From Corallochytrium limacisporum Hawaii (lineage: Eukaryota > Protista > Pluriformea): a stretch of DNA of 49,240 nt. The notes under the pieces were generated by a model, which did no database searches, was not told the DNA's origin, and was given only the letters and a program-made list of their open reading frames with translations. The stretch spans positions 239,593 through 288,832 of the forward strand of contig PDIP01000039.1 in the NCBI GenBank assembly GCA_002811645.1, given 5' to 3'. The translations under genes and the position numbers were made by a program. Positions 42,938-49,240 of the stretch are shown here, piece after piece (the first letter of the stretch is position 1; each line of letters starts with the position of its first letter).

Positions 42938-43834
42938 TCACTGGTGCAGAGCCGCTAGTTTCTGGTGAAACGTGGTTGTCTCGCCTGGTTTGACGACCTT
43001 CTTTCCCACTACAAGGCCGGGCTCAACACAGACCATGGTCTTGTATTCTTCGTCTCCGAAATCGCCCATATCCTTCGCCCCTTTGATCCAGGGGTTCCAT
43101 ACGACAGTATCCGGCAAACCGTCCAGTTTGTCGATCCTGACTCCCACCACGGATCCATTACCTCCCCCATACTTCACAACATGCAATTTTGACGCTGTCG
43201 ATTTGTGCACGGCATCAGTGGGTCCTGCAACGCCAAACCCATTTCCCCTGTCATTCACACGGATCTTCTCTTTGAACTCGTCGGTCTTGTCAAAGAAGCT
43301 ATCACCCGCGAAGCCCTGCACAATCAGGTCTTCCACACTTGGTAGTTGGAAGTAGTTGTGGAAGAGAGCTTGCATTTGAAACTCCTCATCTCCGGTGTTG
43401 GTGACATCCATCTTCATGTCCAGAGCGAAGGTAGCATCGTCCAGAGAGATGATGAGGTTCAACAAGAAACTGTGGGGCCACATCCCCCGGGTTGCTGCGT
43501 TGTCCTTCAGTGTAAAGCGATAAGAGGAATGACTATTGGTGGCCTCTGACACCCAGTGGGATGTTCTTGCGAAGCCATGCTGTGGGCGGCCATTATCCCA
43601 TGGTCCGAACTGTGGGAAAACGATCGGGATGCCCCCACGAATTGCTTTTTTGTGGTCAAACTTAGAATCTTTGGACGTCATGATCAGCTCCTGACCGTTC
43701 ACTTTCCAAGACGTCAGGCAACCCCCGAAGAGATTCACTGTGAAGGATTGCTTACCTTGATCACCGGTGACCTCCACGACAGTGTTGTTCACTCCGTCTC
43801 CGAGATCGACAGTCTTTACAACAGGTGCTGTCAT
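42938..43834 (-). CDS. Glucose-6-phosphate 1-epimerase (aldose 1-epimerase family)
   Basis: KAIRGGIPIVFPQFG, PQHGFART, ALFHNYF, VVWNPW...DMGDFGDEEYKTMVCVEPG; start set at aaccATG 43834. Confidence 0.93.
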   Translation of the reverse strand: MTAPVVKTVDLGDGVNNTVVEVTGDQGKQSFTVNLFGGCLTSWKVNGQELIMTSKDSKFDHKKAIRGGIPIVFPQFGPWDNGRPQHGFARTSHWVSEATNSHSSYRFTLKDNAATRGMWPHSFLLNLIISLDDATFALDMKMDVTNTGDEEFQMQALFHNYFQLPSVEDLIVQGFAGDSFFDKTDEFKEKIRVNDRGNGFGVAGPTDAVHKSTASKLHVVKYGGGNGSVVGVRIDKLDGLPDTVVWNPWIKGAKDMGDFGDEEYKTMVCVEPGLVVGKKVVKPGETTTFHQKLAALHQ

Positions 43835-44827
43835 GGTTCTTAGACGAAAATTCTCACCAAAAAAACCCGGATCAAAATGGTGCACAGTGTAGAGCAACAC
43901 AATTACCAGCACCAAAAGCTGAATTTGTTTTCTCGCGGCAATGGCTGCTTCTGGAATTTGTGCAAGAGAGGGCTGCTCAACTTGCGCCTCCCTTCACTTA
44001 CTTATGGTTCGATCAAAAGTACCTTCACAGGTTCATCAACAGAGGTCAGTGTACAATTTGTAGTCGGTATAGAAGTTAATAGTAACCCAATAATGACTCA
44101 TGCCTTTTCTATGTTCCGTATTTACGCAACTTCGCACCCGAAAGACAGGGTTAAGGAGAAAGTCCATACCACTACCAATGCTCATTCCATTCCTATCTTA
44201 ACCCATTTAAGAATCCTAAAGTGGCAACGGTGCTGTGTTGGCCTTATCAGGAAACAATGAGTAGGCACGAGAACATCAGCGGGCATCAAAAGTCACGGAG
44301 TACAAGGAATCTAAAGTGATCGGACAAGTCCGAGGAACTTGACCTGAGGCACCACTTCCAAGCCACTCCTGCCCCAAATTCTGAAAATGCGAGTCTCTTC
44401 AGTGTATTTCCTCTTTTGTTGTTGCGAAAGGGACAACCTTTCAGTCTGTATTGGGGGCCTATTTTCACTTTGGCTGAGAGGGCGGGCGCACACAAGACGG
44501 TCAAAAAAGCCAGTCGCTTGTTCGACGCGCGGATTGGCGGGGAGGCAGGCGTTCCGTACGGTCACCCCGCGAGGTCGGGACACCTGACTCGGCGTTTTCT
44601 TTTGTTTGCCGGCGCTGCATGTTCTTTAGCTTGTATGCGTCATTACGCTTCTGCTCTAATTGTCAGGTCTCCAATTGGATATTGTGTATTAGTGCGACTT
44701 GTGCCCTATTTGAGACATACCCAGAGCAGAAGAATATGGTTTGAGGCGGATCGAGGCGAGAATTGGTGGAAAGAGTGGTGAGTGTCGATCCAGAACGCTA
44801 GCTTAGGAACTGAAACAAATAGTGATC

Positions 44828-45199
44828 ATGCCTTCTGAGGAAGCAGTAAAGGAAGCGCAGAATCAAATGTATGAGATTCAAACGCGCATGGTACAGATCC
44901 AGTCGGACCTGGAAGCTCACAAGTCTACTATGGATGAGTACAATCGTGAGCAGAAGCGACTCGACCTCAGTGTCAGTGAAGCGGAGTCCGTGACCGGAGA
45001 CAACAAGACATACCTCAGCGTGGGACGAATTTTCCTGAACCAAACTGTGCCGGAGATCAAAGATCATCTACAGAAGGAGAAATCCGACATTGAAGAGCAA
45101 AAGAAGGCTACCCAGGCAAAGATTCAGTACTCTGAACGTCAACTCAAGGACGAGGAGGATCAGCTTAAGGATATCTTTGACAGCCTCAAGTCTGTCTGA
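44828..45199 (+). CDS. PFDN1: Prefoldin beta subunit, most like subunit 1
   Basis: Two coiled coils flanking the beta-hairpin DNKTYLSVGRIFL; 123 aa. Confidence 0.8.
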   Translation: MPSEEAVKEAQNQMYEIQTRMVQIQSDLEAHKSTMDEYNREQKRLDLSVSEAESVTGDNKTYLSVGRIFLNQTVPEIKDHLQKEKSDIEEQKKATQAKIQYSERQLKDEEDQLKDIFDSLKSV

Positions 45200-45374
45200 A
45201 GTCGGGTGGGTACCGGCATAATATCAAGGGCGAGGCAGACTAATACCGTGAGTAAAACGGCAAACTATGTACAATCTCCATACATTAATTTCGTAATATC
45301 AACAATTGCACATACTTAACAAGCGAACGCTACTATATTAGGGTAACTATCTTCCATTTCTCAATGAAAACCGT

Positions 45375-48300
45375 CTACACTCGGAATTTTGTTGTCCGTA
45401 CCGGCTTGGTGTGGTGCGTCAGACTGTAGAACGAATCCAAGACCGCCTCTGGCCTGGGCGATCGGAGCACAAGCAGGTTGGTGGAACAGCGAGACGACAG
45501 GTCAGCCATCCACAGCCGCAGGCGTCCACTACCCTCCATCCACATCCGATCCACCGGGGACCTCTGGAAACGAATCAGTTTAGACGTGGAAACATTCAGG
45601 ATGAGAATATACTTGCGGCCAATGCAAATAAAGCCTTGATACCCCGGTCCTTGGCCACCGACGTTTCGCTTATCGTTGTCCTTCACAGGCTGCATGCAGT
45701 CATTGATATGATGCACATCATACCCTTGCAGGGGCAGAGACAGAACCGCTTCCAGCACAGAGCGCTGCAATTCTGACACGGAAAGGCTCTCGACGATACT
45801 CATACCAAGCCGCATGGCCTTGATGAGCACAGCGGGAGGCAGCCAAGGAGGACAGAGAATGTGGCTGAACTCCTCAAGGTAGGGCAGGTTGATGGTGGGC
45901 GTCCAGCGCTCCCCTGACTCTGATGAAGGCGATGTTTGGACGATGCCAAGGGTTGCGGGTAGAAGAGTTGGATCAACCTCGCCATTGCGGACGTCAAGGC
46001 AATGAAAGCACGCCGCGAGATAGCCAGCACGATTGACACTGACAGGCAGGCGGCCCTCCAGGAAATCCTCTCTGACCTGGGACACGAACAGACTCATCAG
46101 TGACTCATTATTGTTGAAGAGATTGCGAACGTCGGAGGCATTTGAAGTACCACGCAGACGCAGATGGAAGTGGAACTTCCAGAAGGCTCTTGATAGAACT
46201 TGAGGATGGTCGATACCACCTATGTCGCTCACGACATCGTGAAGTTGTTGGACAGGGTTGAGATCGAGGGGACACCAAGGCAGGTCAGTGGGCACTGACC
46301 CGAAGATTGTGGTATCTGAAGGCTTTTCACGAACGTAGTTGTGCACAAATCCGGCTCTATGTCTCGCTCCTCTGCTTGTTTGGGAGACAAGGCTCGCATT
46401 TACCTCCTGCAAAGCTGCGACAGATTTGCCCATAAGACCAAGCGTGCCCATATGAGGCCCGGTTGGGTTGCTGATTACCTCCCCTGGACCTGGAACGGAG
46501 TCGTTCACAGACAATGCAGATATGGACGCGATGGAATCTCGACGGCTGCGCCCTGTACTGTGTACAGTTGTACCTTGCGGTCCAGGAGACTCAGCAGAAC
46601 CTCGACGATTGAATGCTATACCCTGCATAGCTGTCGATGTGGTCAGAGATCGGCGCCTGCCATCGGAAGCCATACCATTGGTAGCCGGTGATTCCGTGGA
46701 ACCGCGGCGACTGATGTCCGTAGACATCGGCGGTGTCCGGTTGGGTGCAACACTGACTGACTGGCGACGGCTCCTGAGGACCCAGCCTTCGCTATCCCTA
46801 CGCCTGCGCATACGCGATAAGAAGCTGACATCCCCACCCTCGCTTACAGTATCGTCAGACACTTCAACCTCACACACTGCGGTAGCAATTTGACTCGTGT
46901 TGAGCAGACCAGGATGGGTGTTCGTCATGCCCTTCGCTGATCCTAGACCCTTAGCCTGCATCAATTCACACACAGTCAGGGGAACGCTTTTGAACAATTT
47001 TAGGCCATTCTTTTTCTTCGTCGAACGATCGTTGATGCTGCCACCTCGCATTAGTCTCATGGCAGTGGAAGCGCTCATAGCACCATTTACCGGGCCAGTC
47101 GCGCGCAGATTCCTTAAGCCAGGAGTGCCCTCCGTTCGATTGCAGTTTTCAAGGACTAACCCGTCACCGATAATGTGCGGTTTGTGCTTCATTGACTCCG
47201 CACTAAGGTCGATGTCGCGGTATTTCACGTGGTACACGGCCATCGCACCCTCGTTTCGCTGTGAGGTAGGCGGCATGGGCGCACTGTTGCGTGCTCTGAT
47301 GCTCTGCCCGCGGACGATGGGCAGTGTCGTCCACGGCAGCACCTGCTCGGATGGATCCTCTCTGATTCTGTAGGCGAAATCACCGAGCCATTCAATACTG
47401 GGCAAGAGTGAGACGAGACTTGTGTACAGGACATGCCCCTCTCGCAGTACATTGGTCTCCTGTCCACGAGACTTCTTTGGGCTGTTGATTGGTAGCAGAG
47501 CCTCATGCAAGGCTCTGATTGTTCTGTAGCGCACCCACACGCTGTGATATTGCCATAAACTCTGCAGCATGCGCCGCACCGGCCGCGGTGCGGAGAGGAT
47601 TGCCAGATCGCAATCATCCTCATACAGGTTCAGCTCGGAAGTGTCTTTCCACAAAGGATTCCTGCGATACTTGAGGCTCGATTGCGATCCTTTATCCTCA
47701 TTTAATTCTCCCCGCAACTGATTTTGAGATGAGTACAGGCTGAATATACTACCAGCCATCACATCGGGCTTAACGTATAGCAGTGTCTCAGTGGACGCAG
47801 CCTGCGCCTCCCTCATACGTTTCATCCGTGCATTGTCAAAGAAGTACACGGACATGGCGTCCTTCACTGATGGTGTATCCCATGCATTGATGTTTGAGTT
47901 TGATTCCCCCATCTCCTGTACGCAGGACAGCATGCTACTAGCTGAATTTTCACCCTCCGAGCTGTCCTCCGAGTTTGCCATCGTTTCACGCAGCAAAGCC
48001 GAAGCAACCATTTCTCCCTGTTCAATAATTGGCCGAAGACTGTGGAAAGCTCCAAGCATGGCTGCACAGTGGACAAATTCCGTGCCACGGAGCACTTCAT
48101 GAAGCACATTCCGGAGCGGCTTCCGTGCATCGACTTTTGCTGTCAACGTGTCGCCCGTAGGCAAATCTACAGTAACATGCCTCTGGATCCGCAGATAGAC
48201 CAGGAGATCGAGAGACTGAAGCCCAGGAATGTCCTTTACTTTCATCTTTCCCGGCAGCCACGTCAGAGTGCGGGCCAGGATAAATCCATGGTCCGAGGTG

Positions 48301-48464
48301 AAGGCATTGCTCTCTGAAAGTTTAGGTATGCGGGTCACGAGTGCGTTTCCGACTTCATCGCGGACCTCATCAAGAGTCCTGTCCGCGGTCAATATAATGT
48401 CATTGCGTTCATTTGGACAATAGTCCGGAGCACACCAGCTCAAACAATATTCTTTTCCTTCCAT
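45375..48464 (-). CDS. Talin-head-like FERM protein (F0-F1-F2-F3) with a very large F1 insertion and no rod (1029 aa)
   Basis: F0 DHGFIL...TWLPGKMKV...DLLVYLR; F1 QRHVTVDLPTGDTLTAKVDARKPL; F2 LMSLFVSQVREDFLEGRLPVSVNRAGYLAA; F2/F3 SLPLQGY...FICIGRKYILILNVSTSKLI. Confidence 0.75.
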   Translation of the reverse strand: MEGKEYCLSWCAPDYCPNERNDIILTADRTLDEVRDEVGNALVTRIPKLSESNAFTSDHGFILARTLTWLPGKMKVKDIPGLQSLDLLVYLRIQRHVTVDLPTGDTLTAKVDARKPLRNVLHEVLRGTEFVHCAAMLGAFHSLRPIIEQGEMVASALLRETMANSEDSSEGENSASSMLSCVQEMGESNSNINAWDTPSVKDAMSVYFFDNARMKRMREAQAASTETLLYVKPDVMAGSIFSLYSSQNQLRGELNEDKGSQSSLKYRRNPLWKDTSELNLYEDDCDLAILSAPRPVRRMLQSLWQYHSVWVRYRTIRALHEALLPINSPKKSRGQETNVLREGHVLYTSLVSLLPSIEWLGDFAYRIREDPSEQVLPWTTLPIVRGQSIRARNSAPMPPTSQRNEGAMAVYHVKYRDIDLSAESMKHKPHIIGDGLVLENCNRTEGTPGLRNLRATGPVNGAMSASTAMRLMRGGSINDRSTKKKNGLKLFKSVPLTVCELMQAKGLGSAKGMTNTHPGLLNTSQIATAVCEVEVSDDTVSEGGDVSFLSRMRRRRDSEGWVLRSRRQSVSVAPNRTPPMSTDISRRGSTESPATNGMASDGRRRSLTTSTAMQGIAFNRRGSAESPGPQGTTVHSTGRSRRDSIASISALSVNDSVPGPGEVISNPTGPHMGTLGLMGKSVAALQEVNASLVSQTSRGARHRAGFVHNYVREKPSDTTIFGSVPTDLPWCPLDLNPVQQLHDVVSDIGGIDHPQVLSRAFWKFHFHLRLRGTSNASDVRNLFNNNESLMSLFVSQVREDFLEGRLPVSVNRAGYLAACFHCLDVRNGEVDPTLLPATLGIVQTSPSSESGERWTPTINLPYLEEFSHILCPPWLPPAVLIKAMRLGMSIVESLSVSELQRSVLEAVLSLPLQGYDVHHINDCMQPVKDNDKRNVGGQGPGYQGFICIGRKYILILNVSTSKLIRFQRSPVDRMWMEGSGRLRLWMADLSSRCSTNLLVLRSPRPEAVLDSFYSLTHHTKPVRTTKFRV

Positions 48465-48855
48465 TATGAGCTACAGTCTATTTGTTCTTATGTGTGACCA
48501 CTACCGTCACCCCGGCGACATTCTTGAAGACATGTATTCTTGTGATGAGAACATCTGTATCATCCCCGGTTCTGTTGCTACAAACAATCATGCCATGATT
48601 TGGTGTTCTTGGAATGCCATCATGTCTGCCTTCTCATACCCAAAACAGAATAATTCCGTCAAAGTGGGTCCAAACAAACACCGTGGAAGAATTCCTCAGG
48701 AACATACCCACACCGGTCTCAACAAAGTCACGCCACCACGACCTGAGAGCTTCCGTTCTGCCTTTCCCCTTCGCTCGGTGTAGGCATGCCCCTTCCGTGG
48801 AACGTCTCTTAGGGTGAGAGTTGCCCCGCCTGTTGGCCAGTCCCCTCCCTTCCCG

Positions 48856-48877
48856 GCTCTCTCTCTCTCTCTCTCTT
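48856..48877. repeat. (CT)n microsatellite
   Basis: ctctctctctctctctctct. Confidence 0.85.
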
Positions 48878-49240
48878 TCGCTCGCACTATACATATTTCA
48901 TATATACATGTATGTGTGACCCCTCTCCCACCTTCGCTCCCTCCGTTAGATTATATTTCATACCAACCAACCACCCACCCCGTTCACTTCCCTCGTTCTT
49001 TTAAAGTCACAATCTTTTTTTTTTTCTTTTCGTTCTTTTCCTGGGGGGGGCGCTCTGGTAAGCTCTCTCCTCCAATTGGCCGGGTGGTACCCACGGAGAC
49101 TCCCCCCGCGGGGGGGGGGGGGTTGAGTTAAATTCCTGCTTCCACCCTCTGTGTGTCCTCCTTCTCTTTCTTTCCTCGCCCTAAATCTTCGCCCCCCCTT
49201 GCCGGCGCGCGTCTCCCACTCCCCCCCCCCCCCCGGGGGG

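Overview
Compact, intron-poor eukaryotic scaffold with three N-gaps and about 23 protein-coding genes. The gene mix suggests a unicellular holozoan (inference only): an animal-style GSK3 N-terminus, an IRS/Dok-type PTB adaptor, a talin-head-like FERM protein and an NXPE-like protein sit beside a fungal-type GPAT and Efg1. Recognisable genes are GSK3, GPAT, Cdc14, CENP-C, ABHD18, YjbQ (2 introns), TOP1, MetAP2, TRAPPC2L, PABPN1, an RNase Z/AtsA-like metallo-hydrolase, EFG1, glucose-6-phosphate 1-epimerase and PFDN1. The strongest hidden signal is a membrane selenoprotein that the ORF track splits in two: 35069-35788 is one frame with an in-frame TGA in G-S-U-C-W-P, and a type II SECIS-like element lies in its 3' UTR (about 35948-36022). 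Other notable items are a catalytically degenerate cytosolic-type pseudo-seryl-tRNA synthetase, a rodless talin-head protein with a ~600-aa F1 insertion, a TOP1B with a mitochondrial-presequence-like N-terminus, a rhodanese-DsrE fusion, a C1-PTB adaptor with three repeated tyrosine motifs, and G/C-run patches upstream of nearly every gene start. All family calls come from motif recognition by eye; no searches were run.
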